From contig OY970296.1 in assembly GCA_963716175.1 (NCBI GenBank), positions 608,001 through 672,000 of the forward strand: a DNA stretch of 64,000 bases, given 5' to 3'. The position numbers and the translations under genes were made by a program. Positions 40,262 through 49,358 of this stretch are shown here, one piece after another. A model generated the notes under the pieces. The model ran no database searches. It saw only the letters and a program-made list of their open reading frames with translations, and was not told where the DNA came from. Source of the DNA: an uncultured Armatimonadetes bacterium. Lineage in GTDB: Bacteria > Armatimonadota > Hebobacteria > Hebobacterales > Hebobacteraceae. Numbering within the stretch: the first letter of the stretch is position 1; the number at the start of each line of letters is the position of its first letter.

Positions 40262-40879
40262 CTAGGGCTTCACAGCCAAGAGATAGTTGTCGTGCCCCGG
40301 CACCACGATGTCGGCCATCCCTGCAATCTCAGCCATGGTTCGGCCGGCCAGATCGAGATCAACCGAGTTGAAGAACCCCCGCCGGTCGCGCCAGAAATCC
40401 TGCGTCATCACGGCATCGCCCGCGATGACAACCGACAGCCGATCACAGTCAAAGCGCAGGCTGTGGTGGTCGAGAGTATGGCCGGGCGTGGGGATGACCT
40501 CTATCTCCTCGAAGAGACGGTCGCGGGCCGGCTCCACGGCCCTCTGGTACTCGCCTGACTGGTTGATAGTCGCCGCTACTCCGGGCGCGGCGAACCAGCG
40601 CGCGTCCGGGAAGTGGGCCAGGCCGAAGTGGTGGTCGCCGTGATGGTGGGTGAGGAAGACCGCGTTGATCTGGCCCAGCTCGAGGCCGGTTCTGCGATCG
40701 AGCTCAGCCGCCATCCGCTCCGCCTCCCGGCACGATGGGTCCACCAGCAGACAGAAGCCGTCGCCTCTGATCAGCGTACTGGTGCAGAGAGTAGGCCGGA
40801 CAGGCCGGTCCTCGCCCTCGCCCCAGTAGCGGTTGCGAGAGAGGTTGCCGATGGTGATGATGTCCCAGCGAGTGATCAT
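40262..40879 (-). CDS. Metallo-beta-lactamase-fold hydrolase
   Basis: THHHGDH, TPGHT, AGDA, VPGHD. Start MITRWD at 40879. Confidence 0.88.
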   Translation of the reverse strand: MITRWDIITIGNLSRNRYWGEGEDRPVRPTLCTSTLIRGDGFCLLVDPSCREAERMAAELDRRTGLELGQINAVFLTHHHGDHHFGLAHFPDARWFAAPGVAATINQSGEYQRAVEPARDRLFEEIEVIPTPGHTLDHHSLRFDCDRLSVVIAGDAVMTQDFWRDRRGFFNSVDLDLAGRTMAEIAGMADIVVPGHDNYLLAVKP

Positions 40880-42141
40880 AGTGCCCCCTTCTGCGGCTGG
40901 CGCCGCAGCTCCGCGCCCGCTGCAATCAGCGCCTCCTGCAACCGGGTCACGTCGAGCGCGCGGGGGGCGACCCCGTTCTGACAGCACAGCGCGGCCGCGG
41001 TGCCCGCAGCCTGTCCGATGGCCATGATTGGCGCCATGGCGCGGTGGGATTCATAGGGCTGCTGCTCACTGGAGATGGCGCGGCCGGCCACCAGCAGATT
41101 CCCGATGAGCTTGGGCACGAGGCACCGGTAGGGAATGTCGTAACCCTCGTGCTCGAGGTAGCGCCGATAGCCATAGTAGCTGATGATGGGACACGAGCTG
41201 ATCGCCACCACGTCCGGGAAGCGCCGGCCCGTGATGGCATCATCCGCGGTGAGGTTGTACTCGCCCTCGATGAAGCGCGTCTGTCTGATACCCAGCAGCG
41301 GGGGCGTCTCCACAATCGTGGCCTCCCGCAGCTCGGGATGCTCTGCCTGCACGGCGGCGAAATCGTCGTAGACCGCAAGTCGGGCTTCGATCTCGGCCTG
41401 CGAGAGGTCATCGGCATCGGTGCCAACGCGGTTCTTCACCGTCGGTCCCCAGACGACGGCAGCAACACCGAAGTCGCAGGCGTGCAGCCCTTTGGGGCGG
41501 CTGGGGCCGAACTGGATGCGATACATCAACTGGTCACTGAACTTGTGCGGATCATCTCTCGCCAGCTGCCAGAAAGGCGCGCCCGCGCGGGCGGCCACAT
41601 CGGCATCGCCGCTGGCATCCACCACTGCTTTCGCCATCAAGGCCTGCCGGCCCGACTTGTTCTCAACCACCACGCCGCGCAAGCCCGCATCCGCCGTGAT
41701 GCTGTCGCAGAAGTAGGTGTGAAACATGATGTCCACGCCCGCGTCAACGCACAGCTTGAGAGTCACGTACTTGAACTTCTCGGTGTCTATAGCGTAGCTG
41801 TAGGCAAGCTGACCTGGGGTGGTGGGGTACTGCTTTTGCCGATAGGGGCTGTGGCCCAGGCCATCCATCTCCTTGAGCTTCAGGATGATCTCTTCCCCGA
41901 TGCCCCGTACCGTCTGGGTCGAGTCCGGCTCGACCTGGTTGCGGAAGCCATTGATGCAAGCCATCAGAGACGCAGTGGCGGTTCCCCCCAGATAGCCGAA
42001 CTGCTCCACGAGCACGGTCTTGGCGCGATGCCGACTGGAGGCAATCGCGGCCACCAGGCCGGCCGGTCCGCCGCCCACCACCACGACGTCCACATCTCGT
42101 GTAATCGGAATGTCTCGGGCAGGTTCTCGATAGGTGTCCAT
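40876..42141 (-). CDS. FAD-dependent oxidoreductase (FAD_oxidored/PF12831-like)
   Basis: GGGPAG, LGGTAT, DASGDAD, IRQTR, IPYRCLVP, AGRAIS, GQAAG. Confidence 0.88.
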   Translation of the reverse strand: MDTYREPARDIPITRDVDVVVVGGGPAGLVAAIASSRHRAKTVLVEQFGYLGGTATASLMACINGFRNQVEPDSTQTVRGIGEEIILKLKEMDGLGHSPYRQKQYPTTPGQLAYSYAIDTEKFKYVTLKLCVDAGVDIMFHTYFCDSITADAGLRGVVVENKSGRQALMAKAVVDASGDADVAARAGAPFWQLARDDPHKFSDQLMYRIQFGPSRPKGLHACDFGVAAVVWGPTVKNRVGTDADDLSQAEIEARLAVYDDFAAVQAEHPELREATIVETPPLLGIRQTRFIEGEYNLTADDAITGRRFPDVVAISSCPIISYYGYRRYLEHEGYDIPYRCLVPKLIGNLLVAGRAISSEQQPYESHRAMAPIMAIGQAAGTAAALCCQNGVAPRALDVTRLQEALIAAGAELRRQPQKGAL

Positions 42142-42150
42142 GTGTTTCCT

Positions 42151-43536
42151 CTACGCAATCGGGTCAGGTCTTGGCGCAAGCAGCACACCGTCGTGGAGCA
42201 AGCGCTGCTGCAGAGACGGGACCTCCACGGCCGCTGGTGCGATGCCACGCGCCGCGGCCATCGCCGCGGCGGTGCCAGCAGCTTGCCCGCAGATCAGGCA
42301 GCACACAGTGTTCCGCGTGCTGTTGTGTGCGACCAGGTCAACGGTCATCATGCGGCCGGCGATCAGCACGTTCTCGAGTCCCCGCGGAACGAGAGCCCGG
42401 TATGGGATCCCGTACGCGCCCGCCTCGCGGACGAAATGCTCGCTGTTGTCTATGAACCCAAAACAGCCGATCTGGTCTGCGAACTGCGCGGCCTGAGCGC
42501 AGTCTTCCTGGCTCAACTCGTACCGGCAGCGAATCGCCCGGGAACGCCGCTGGCCCGCGAAAGGCGCGGGGCCAGCCGGGTAGCAGCCCTCGCACCCTTT
42601 GACGTGCTTCCGGAACAGATCAGCCACCTCCAGCATCTGCGCTCGCAGCGTCACCTCTGCCGAAGTGAGCGCCGCCGGGTCCAGACCGTCGTTGGGCCCA
42701 TAGTTGATGCAGTTGCAGTAAGTGAGCTCCCGCGGTCGGAGCGAGGATGCCAGGAAGTAGCCCGGGACCGACTGCCCGATCAGTTGACCAAGCCTATCCA
42801 TAGCGATTCCCAGACGCACCAAGTCCGGAGCCCGCTCTCCCGGCTTCACCGCGTGGGCCAACTGCGTGATCAGACCGCGCTCATCCAGGAAGTCCTGGGC
42901 GGCCTCAAGATCCACGTTACAGAGACGGAAGGTGAACCCGGCGGAATAGGCCCCCGGATCGCCGGGCTTGAACTGCTCGCAGGGGGCGCCAGCATAGGCG
43001 GCCAGATCGCCATCTCCAGTGCAGTCCACGTATTGCTTGGCGCGGACACGGCTGCGGCCGGCCTTGTTCCAGACCACAACGCTCTCCACCTGGCCACCGG
43101 TGGCGCACACTTCGTCCATGACAGTGCGAAGCAGGAGCATCACTCCCGCTTCCAGGCAGGCCTGGGCGGCCGCCACCTTGAACACCTCAGGCTCCACCGG
43201 AGTGAGCATGCTCACGAAGTCGCCCCCGCGCTCCATGCGCACATGTCCCAACCCGCCGCCCAGTCGCCCCACGCGGTCCACAAGTTCCTGCGCAATCCCG
43301 GAGGCGACGCGCGTGCGTTGCGCCCCAGGATGTGCATCGAACACATTGAAGAAGCTGTGCAGGCCTGTTGCGCCGGTGACGCCGATGCCACCCAACCAGC
43401 CGCTCTGCTCCACCAGCACGGTCTTGGCGCCGGTGCGAGCGGCCGCGATGGCAGCGGCAACGCCGGCCATCCCGCCGCCGGCCACCAGCACGTCACAGCG
43501 CGGGTAGCGATTCTCATCTATGCGTGGCGACTGCAC
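42151..43536 (-). CDS. FAD-dependent oxidoreductase (FAD_oxidored/PF12831-like), paralogue
   Basis: GGGMAG, DCTGDGD, IPYRALVP, AGR, GQAAG. Confidence 0.88.
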   Translation of the reverse strand: MQSPRIDENRYPRCDVLVAGGGMAGVAAAIAAARTGAKTVLVEQSGWLGGIGVTGATGLHSFFNVFDAHPGAQRTRVASGIAQELVDRVGRLGGGLGHVRMERGGDFVSMLTPVEPEVFKVAAAQACLEAGVMLLLRTVMDEVCATGGQVESVVVWNKAGRSRVRAKQYVDCTGDGDLAAYAGAPCEQFKPGDPGAYSAGFTFRLCNVDLEAAQDFLDERGLITQLAHAVKPGERAPDLVRLGIAMDRLGQLIGQSVPGYFLASSLRPRELTYCNCINYGPNDGLDPAALTSAEVTLRAQMLEVADLFRKHVKGCEGCYPAGPAPFAGQRRSRAIRCRYELSQEDCAQAAQFADQIGCFGFIDNSEHFVREAGAYGIPYRALVPRGLENVLIAGRMMTVDLVAHNSTRNTVCCLICGQAAGTAAAMAAARGIAPAAVEVPSLQQRLLHDGVLLAPRPDPIA

Positions 43537-43562
43537 CGCACCTCTTCTCAAATCTGCGAACC

Positions 43563-44675
43563 CTAGGCCAGGTAGCCCCGACCGCCCATCAGCCGAAGAT
43601 AGCCTTCGGCCCCCTGCTGACGCGCGCCGAAGGCCGCGAACAGGCCCTCTGCGGTTTCCTCAATGGTCCGGCGATTGTTGGTGTAAGGATCCTGGCGAGT
43701 GGCCTCATTCACCTGCTCGGCCCATTCCCGAGGGATCGCGTCAACTCCCGAGAGCGCTCCTGCCAGGCCTCCGGCGATCGCCGCCAGGCAGTCGGTGTCC
43801 CGGCCGAAGTTCACTGCGGTCAAGATCGCCGCCTTCGGGTCGCCCCCCGTGATGGCGAAGACGGCCAGGCCCTTGGCTACGATCTCGTTGGCCTGGGACT
43901 CGCCGTAGTTGAAGTAGTCGCCGCCATAGTAGAACTGGTAGAACTCATCCCGCATCGCCATCGCGTCGGTGTGCTTGCGGGCCAGCTCCAAGGCCTGCGT
44001 CACCTCGTCCTCAATGGTATCGTACAACGCGTACAGATTCCCGGCCTCGGCGCGATAGTGCACGAACCGCGCCGCTACCTCGAGCACAGACTCTGAGGTC
44101 GCGTTAGGCTTGCAGGCCTCCGCAATGGCCGCGACGTAGAGCGCGGCCCAGCGCAGGCCAAAGGCGATCGGGCTCATGTAGACCAGGCCCACCTGGAACG
44201 CGTCGTCGGCCGCGCCCTCCGGGTCCCCGGCGTTGATCAGCCCCAAGGGATGTGAGGCGCGGGCCAGAGAGACGACATTGGGGAAGGGCCAGAGCCGGCC
44301 CAGCTCGGCGGGGGGCACGCCCGCCCGCGCCAGCTCCAGGAGAGAGCGGTCGAAGCGCTCCTGCTTGTACTTCATCTTCTCCGGGTGTAGATCCCTCAGC
44401 CATACCCTCACCAGGTCGTGAGGGAGAATGCGGCCCTGCTTCTCGATGATGGCGGTAGAGATCAGCTTCTGGCGCTCGATGCCATCCTCGGTGGTGCCAG
44501 GCAACCGCTCCCAGTCGGTCTCTTCGGTGTAGTGCCGGTACGGCAGGAGCTCGTCCAGGCAGCCGTGCGCCTGCTTGATCGCCTCCCGCGAAGCGCCTTC
44601 CATGGGCGCTCCCATCGCGGAGCCAACCCAGGAACCGGCGATGCAGCCCGCGAACTTCCTTCGCAGCGTAACCAT
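43563..44675 (-). CDS. ADP-ribosylglycohydrolase-family protein
   Basis: GSAMGAPME, TTEDG, VNFGRDTDC.AA.AG.LAGA. Confidence 0.85.
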   Translation of the reverse strand: MVTLRRKFAGCIAGSWVGSAMGAPMEGASREAIKQAHGCLDELLPYRHYTEETDWERLPGTTEDGIERQKLISTAIIEKQGRILPHDLVRVWLRDLHPEKMKYKQERFDRSLLELARAGVPPAELGRLWPFPNVVSLARASHPLGLINAGDPEGAADDAFQVGLVYMSPIAFGLRWAALYVAAIAEACKPNATSESVLEVAARFVHYRAEAGNLYALYDTIEDEVTQALELARKHTDAMAMRDEFYQFYYGGDYFNYGESQANEIVAKGLAVFAITGGDPKAAILTAVNFGRDTDCLAAIAGGLAGALSGVDAIPREWAEQVNEATRQDPYTNNRRTIEETAEGLFAAFGARQQGAEGYLRLMGGRGYLA

Positions 44676-44818
44676 CTCAGCTCGCTCCTTCCCACCTCAG
44701 TTTCGGCAGAGAAGGCAGGTAGCCCTCTGGGAAGCGCGATCCTAGCTGGAAGGTGACCAGTCCTCCGGCCGGAAAGGAACCGGCAAGACTGCGTGACACC
44801 GGAAGACGACGAGCTAGC

Positions 44819-46057
44819 ATGACTGCAAAGGACAGAGTCACCATCAGAGACCTGGCCAACCGAATCGCCGAGATCGCAGCCCGCCCGGATCAGGACCAGA
44901 AGCGCGAGATCTGGTATGCGCAGGGCAGCCTCAAGCCGATCCGCCCTCCGGTCTACTGCTCGCCCGAGGGATCGTGGGTGGAGCTGCTGCCGCCGGAGGC
45001 GCTGGCGTGCGAAGACGTGGATGCCCGTGGGATCGAGGAGGCGTTGCGCCAGCGCATCTACGCGGCCGAGCACTTCCACGATGACCAGGTTTGTGATAAC
45101 ACGTACGCCGTTCACTGCTCGGTCGAGATCAGCGGCTGGGGAGTGCACGAAGACTACATCTACAGCGATCAGCCCCGGGGCGCCTATGTCTGGGACCCAC
45201 CCATCAAGAGCCGAGGCGATCTGGAGAGGCTCCGCAAGCCGACCGTCGCACACCACGTGGAGAGCAGTCGGCGCCGTCTCGAACTCGCACAGGACCTGCT
45301 AGGGGACATCCTCGAGGTGCGCCAGAAGGGCGAGCTATGGATGTCTGCCGGGCTCGTTGATGAGTGGACGCTGCTGCGCGGGATCAACCAGACTTTCCTG
45401 GACATGAACGATGACCCGGACCTGGTGCACGCCGGCATGGGATTTCTGATGGAGGGGACGCTGGCCTGCATGGAAGAGCTGACGGCCCAGGGCCTGCTTA
45501 CGCTCAACAACGGCAATGACTACTGCGGCTCCGGTGCCCTTGGCTGGAGCCGCGAGCTGCCGTCACCGGGCTTCGACGGACATGTGCGGCTGATTGACCT
45601 CTGGGGCTTCGCCGATGCGCAGACCATGTCTCTGGTCTCGCCAGCGATGCACGAGGAGTTCGTGCTTAGATACCAGGTGCCGCTGTTGGAGCGCTTCGGC
45701 CTCAACTACTATGGGTGCTGCGAGCCACTCCACCTGAAACTGGATATGCTCAAGCGCCAGGTGCCCCGGCTGCGCCGAGTCTCGATCTCTCCCTGGGCGG
45801 ACAAACGCATAAGCGCGGAGAAGCTCGGGTCGCGGATCATCTTCGGCTGGAAGCCCAACCCGGCCTACCTGGCAGGGGTGGAGTTCGATGGAGAGCTCGT
45901 GCGGCAGGACATCCGCGAGACGGTGGACATCTGTAAGGAGTATGGCTGCGCCCTGGAGATGACCATCAAGGACACCCACACCTGCAACTACCAACCGTGG
46001 CGATTCGACGAGTGGACCAGGATCGCGATGGAGGAGGCGCAGCGGGCGGCCGAGTAG
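44819..46057 (+). CDS. URO-D/methyltransferase-like TIM-barrel hypothetical protein
   Basis: LRG...FLDM.DDP, VSPAMHEEF, YYGCCEPL, SISPW, KPNP, IKDTHT. Start MTAKDR at 44819. Confidence 0.7.
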   Translation: MTAKDRVTIRDLANRIAEIAARPDQDQKREIWYAQGSLKPIRPPVYCSPEGSWVELLPPEALACEDVDARGIEEALRQRIYAAEHFHDDQVCDNTYAVHCSVEISGWGVHEDYIYSDQPRGAYVWDPPIKSRGDLERLRKPTVAHHVESSRRRLELAQDLLGDILEVRQKGELWMSAGLVDEWTLLRGINQTFLDMNDDPDLVHAGMGFLMEGTLACMEELTAQGLLTLNNGNDYCGSGALGWSRELPSPGFDGHVRLIDLWGFADAQTMSLVSPAMHEEFVLRYQVPLLERFGLNYYGCCEPLHLKLDMLKRQVPRLRRVSISPWADKRISAEKLGSRIIFGWKPNPAYLAGVEFDGELVRQDIRETVDICKEYGCALEMTIKDTHTCNYQPWRFDEWTRIAMEEAQRAAE

Positions 46058-46088
46058 AACCCGGTGCGACCGGGGGGCGGAGGCGGAG

Positions 46089-47522
46089 TTGAGAGCCGTG
46101 CGCTTAGGAAACCTGGTTTTGGCTCTGGTGGCGCTTCTCGGCGCTGGCCGCGACATCCCACACGCCGCGGCAAAGGAGGCTCGTGCTTCGCAGCGAAGAA
46201 GCCTCGCTGCTTCGCAGAGTAGGATCGCACAGATGATCCAGGTTCAGCCGAAGGAGACCGACGAGTTGCTCGCCAACCCCGGCATGGGCTGGCAGACGTT
46301 CCACCACTTCGCGGATGATGACGCGAACCTGGCCGGGCTACCCACCGGCGCCGCCTACTTCCGGTTCTACTGGCGGCAACTGGAGCCCACAGAGGGACAG
46401 ATTGACTTCGCCGTGCTGGACGGCCTGCTCGCTCACGCACACCGCGCAGGGCAGAAGCTCGGCTTTCGCGTCATGATCGCGGCCACCGGGGAGCGATTCC
46501 GCTCGGGCGCGCCGGACTGGCTGAGGGAGAAGGGCTGCAAGGGCTACGAGTACTACTACGAGGGAGAAGGTCCGCTCTGGGTCCCAGACTTCGAGGACCC
46601 TATGTTCGAAGAGGCCCACTTCCGCTTGATCGCGGAGCTAGGCAAGCGCTATGACGGCCACCCCGACCTGGACTATGTGGACATCGGTTCAGTTGGGCTG
46701 TGGGGCGAGTGGCACATGTCGGGCACGGGGGTGGAGATGCCGCCGGTTAGGACCCGCCTGGAGATCATTGACGCCTACCTGCGCGCCTTCCCGAAGACGC
46801 GCAAGCTGATGCTGATCGGCAACCCCGACGGCATGAAGCACGCCATCGGCCGTGGGTGCGGTTGGCGCGCCGACTGCCTGGGCGACATGGGCGGTTTCTC
46901 GCCCTGCTGGAATCACATGCGGGACGCCTACCCCGAGCAGATCGCCTCCACCGGCAGCCAGGACGCCTGGAAGCAGGCGCCGGTCGCCTGGGAGACCTGC
47001 TGGGACATGCGCAAATGGGTGGCCGAGGGATGGGATATCCGCTACATCTTCGACTATGGTCTCGGTTACCACGCCAGCTATGTCAACAACAAGTCCGCAC
47101 CCATCCCAGAGGGCACCCGGCCCGAGGTCGAGCGGCTCCTGCGCAAGCTGGGGTACCGGCTGGTATTGCGATCGCTGGAGCATGACGCCGTGGCGAGCCC
47201 GGGATCGGCTTTCCACGTCACGATGCAGTGGGAAAACATGGGAGTGGCGCCGCCGTATCGCGACTACCTGGTGGCCTTCCGGCTGACCGATGCCGATGGC
47301 AAGAGCACCGTGCTCGTCTCCAGGACGTCCATCAAAAGCTGGCTGCCGGGGAGCGTCTCGAGTGAGGAGAGCATGGATCTGCCGCCGGGAGTGGCCCCCG
47401 GGAAATGCCAACTGGGGGTCGCCATCGTTGACCCGGCGACGAAGGAGCCGGCGGTGCGGCTCGCGATCACCGGACGCGGCGCAGACGGCTGGTATCCGGT
47501 CAGCAGCGTCGAGATGAAGTAG
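46089..47522 (+). CDS. Secreted glycoside-hydrolase-like protein (DUF4832 type)
   Basis: Signal peptide, NPGMGW, WRQLEP, RYDGHP, GLWGEWH, LGYRL, W.N.GVAP.Y. Confidence 0.75.
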   Translation: MRAVRLGNLVLALVALLGAGRDIPHAAAKEARASQRRSLAASQSRIAQMIQVQPKETDELLANPGMGWQTFHHFADDDANLAGLPTGAAYFRFYWRQLEPTEGQIDFAVLDGLLAHAHRAGQKLGFRVMIAATGERFRSGAPDWLREKGCKGYEYYYEGEGPLWVPDFEDPMFEEAHFRLIAELGKRYDGHPDLDYVDIGSVGLWGEWHMSGTGVEMPPVRTRLEIIDAYLRAFPKTRKLMLIGNPDGMKHAIGRGCGWRADCLGDMGGFSPCWNHMRDAYPEQIASTGSQDAWKQAPVAWETCWDMRKWVAEGWDIRYIFDYGLGYHASYVNNKSAPIPEGTRPEVERLLRKLGYRLVLRSLEHDAVASPGSAFHVTMQWENMGVAPPYRDYLVAFRLTDADGKSTVLVSRTSIKSWLPGSVSSEESMDLPPGVAPGKCQLGVAIVDPATKEPAVRLAITGRGADGWYPVSSVEMK

Positions 47523-47553
47523 GGCAGCTCCGCGAGACGCCAGGCTCGATCTG

Positions 47554-47629
<76 letters not shown>

Positions 47630-47634
47630 AGAGC

Positions 47635-47710
47635 TGGAGCGGAAAACGGGATTCGAACCCGCGACCCACAGCTTGGGAAGCTGTTGCTCTACCAGCTGAG
47701 CTATTTCCGC
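47635..47710 (-). tRNA. tRNA-Gly (CCC)
   Basis: GCGGAAATAGCTCAGCTGGTAGAGCAACAGCTTCCCAAGCTGTGGGTCGCGGGTTCGAATCCCGTTTTCCGCTCCA. Confidence 0.97.
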
Positions 47711-47725
47711 CCTTATTCCACTGCT

Positions 47726-47753
47726 AGTCTAACACCTGGTTATTGGTTGTCAA
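47726..47753 (-). promoter_or_regulatory. Sigma70 promoter of the tRNA pair
   Basis: TTGACA-16 nt-TAGACT with TG extension, 15 nt upstream of tRNA-Gly. Confidence 0.75.
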
Positions 47754-47764
47754 GACATGGCAAC

Positions 47765-48004
47765 GGGTGTGACCGCAGAGGCTGGGACGACCACCGTTGT
47801 CATTCTGAGCGAGCGCGCAGTGGCTAGGTCGGCACAGCCGACCGCCATGGCGGCAGTAGGACTAGCCACGCGAAGCGAAGAACCCCGCCGTTGGGTTGGC
47901 GCGGACGGCGAGGTCCCTTCGCCTTGCTCAGGGCAGGCTCTTCGCTGACGCTTAGGATGACAGCAGCGCGGTATTCGGCCGACCTAGGCAAAACGGTCAC
48001 ACCC
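47765..48004. repeat. Nested palindromic elements
   Basis: Outer IR GGGTGTGACCG (47765) / CGGTCACACCC (47994); middle IR TGTCATTCTGAGCG (47798) / CGCTTAGGATGACA (to 47962); inner 50-nt element 47820..47869. Confidence 0.75.
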
Positions 48005-48091
48005 CAACCGCGACGGCTCTGACCTCGAATCCTGTATTCGCAGGAGTCTGCCTGAGGCGGAGGGCGACGCCTCGGCACAGGAATGCGCCTC

Positions 48092-48610
48092 CTACCGGCT
48101 CGGCGCGCCGGCCTGCGGAGAGCGGCTCGCGCGCAGGCTGCGCAGGTAATGGATGATGTACCAGCGCCGCTCCAGCGGCACCGTGCTCTCCAGCACCGGC
48201 TCGTGACCAGAGCCCAGCACCATGGCGCGGGCGAGCGCGCCATCGGCGAGGCCCTGCATCTTGGGGGAGGTGAGATCAGTGGGCGCCGGCACGTAGCTCT
48301 GCCCGACCGGGCCCTCGCCTCTTCCGCTCTGGCCGTGGCACATCTGGCAGTAGTAGCCGTAGTAGATGCCGCCCAGCGAGATCGTCTCAGCGGTTGGCTT
48401 CACCGGATTCGCCAGGCGGGCTGCCTCCGCCTGGGTGAGGGGCAGCGGGTTCGGGCCCGCGAATGGCACCTGGTTGGCCGGCACCTCCGGCATCTCTTTC
48501 TCGAAGGGCTTGATCGAGGCCTGGTCCCGCATCCGCGGAGAGCAGGAGAAAGGTTGAGAGCTAACTCCGAATCCCACGAGCGCCAGCGCCGCCAGGGAGA
48601 GGACCCTCAT
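48092..48610 (-). CDS. actE: Monohaem cytochrome c, ActE-like
   Basis: Signal/possible lipoprotein Cys then MRDQ.SIKPFE, NPV, single CQMCH, RWYIIHYLRSL. Confidence 0.7.
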   Translation of the reverse strand: MRVLSLAALALVGFGVSSQPFSCSPRMRDQASIKPFEKEMPEVPANQVPFAGPNPLPLTQAEAARLANPVKPTAETISLGGIYYGYYCQMCHGQSGRGEGPVGQSYVPAPTDLTSPKMQGLADGALARAMVLGSGHEPVLESTVPLERRWYIIHYLRSLRASRSPQAGAPSR

Positions 48611-48885
48611 TTCGCCTTCTTCCCCACCGTGGCCGGCGGCAGCCGGATCTGCTCGGGTGCGGTGGTAGAGGCGGAGGCTGGCTCCGTGCTCGAGTAAGAT
48701 TGAGCCGGGATGAGCGGTGCGGAACGATAGGACCAGGCGCGCGGCCGGTCGCCCACTGCGCGCAGCATCAGCATCGCGTTGACCACCATCACCACCACCA
48801 TCAGCGCGACCACCAGCCAGGCCACCAGCGTTCCCCGCGAGTCGTCTCCGGCACCCCCCTTGCGATGTTCAAGCTGCTGCGACAA
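48607..48885 (-). CDS. Small single-TM hypothetical protein
   Basis: C-terminal part of ORF 48607..49140, probable TTG start at 48885; one hydrophobic helix; overlaps the next gene's start. Confidence 0.55.
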   Translation of the reverse strand: MSQQLEHRKGGAGDDSRGTLVAWLVVALMVVVMVVNAMLMLRAVGDRPRAWSYRSAPLIPAQSYSSTEPASASTTAPEQIRLPPATVGKKAK

Positions 48886-48899
48886 GTCCCGTCTCCCGC

Positions 48900-49169
48900 T
48901 CAGTAGCTCACATGGCTCAGCCACATATAGAGGCTGTAGACGATGATGAAGATGAAGATCCCGACATAGATCAGCCAGAGAAACAGGGGAATGGGCCGGT
49001 TCGCCATCCGGATCTCGGCTGGGAACTCCTCTGTCTTTTCCTCCTGGTCGGAGAGGGCGCGCGCCCGGGAGGGCAGGTAGAACCCGAGGAACAGCGAGAC
49101 CGCGATGCCCATCCCCAGCAGCACCATGATCAGCAGCCAACGCACCCAGAGCACCTCGAAGGCCTGCAT
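48900..49169 (-). CDS. Two-TM small subunit resembling the CcoP N-terminal membrane segment, no haem
   Basis: EEFPAEIRMANRPIPLFL resembles the 'xxDGIxExxNPxPxW' CcoP N-terminus; located in the cco module. Confidence 0.55.
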   Translation of the reverse strand: MQAFEVLWVRWLLIMVLLGMGIAVSLFLGFYLPSRARALSDQEEKTEEFPAEIRMANRPIPLFLWLIYVGIFIFIIVYSLYMWLSHVSY

Positions 49170-49172
49170 GGC

Positions 49173-49358
49173 TCAGCTCCCCTCCGTCTTCTCAGGGGGC
49201 TCGGGGTCGCCTTCAGCTTCTTTGGGATGCTCGAGGGGGAGGTAACGGGCCCGCTCCTGATCCCGAAACTGGCCCGTGCGCACTGCCCAGAGGAAGAGCA
49301 GCGAGAAGATGGTGACGCCGACCACAGCGTAGAGGATCCACATGGTCAACAGCTCCAC
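49173..49358 (-). CDS. ccoS: cbb3-type oxidase maturation protein
   Basis: TM then FLWAVRTGQFRD. Confidence 0.85.
   Translation of the reverse strand: MELLTMWILYAVVGVTIFSLLFLWAVRTGQFRDQERARYLPLEHPKEAEGDPEPPEKTEGS

Noticed and set aside
41044-43566. 840-aa plus-strand ORF
   Set aside because: Antisense shadow of two well-supported FAD oxidoreductases, with no motifs; expected in high-GC DNA.
47757-47948. 63-aa ORF sharing AVA...TAMAA.GLAT with the GRE
   Set aside because: Not treated as a gene; the peptide similarity simply reflects the shared 50-nt DNA element.
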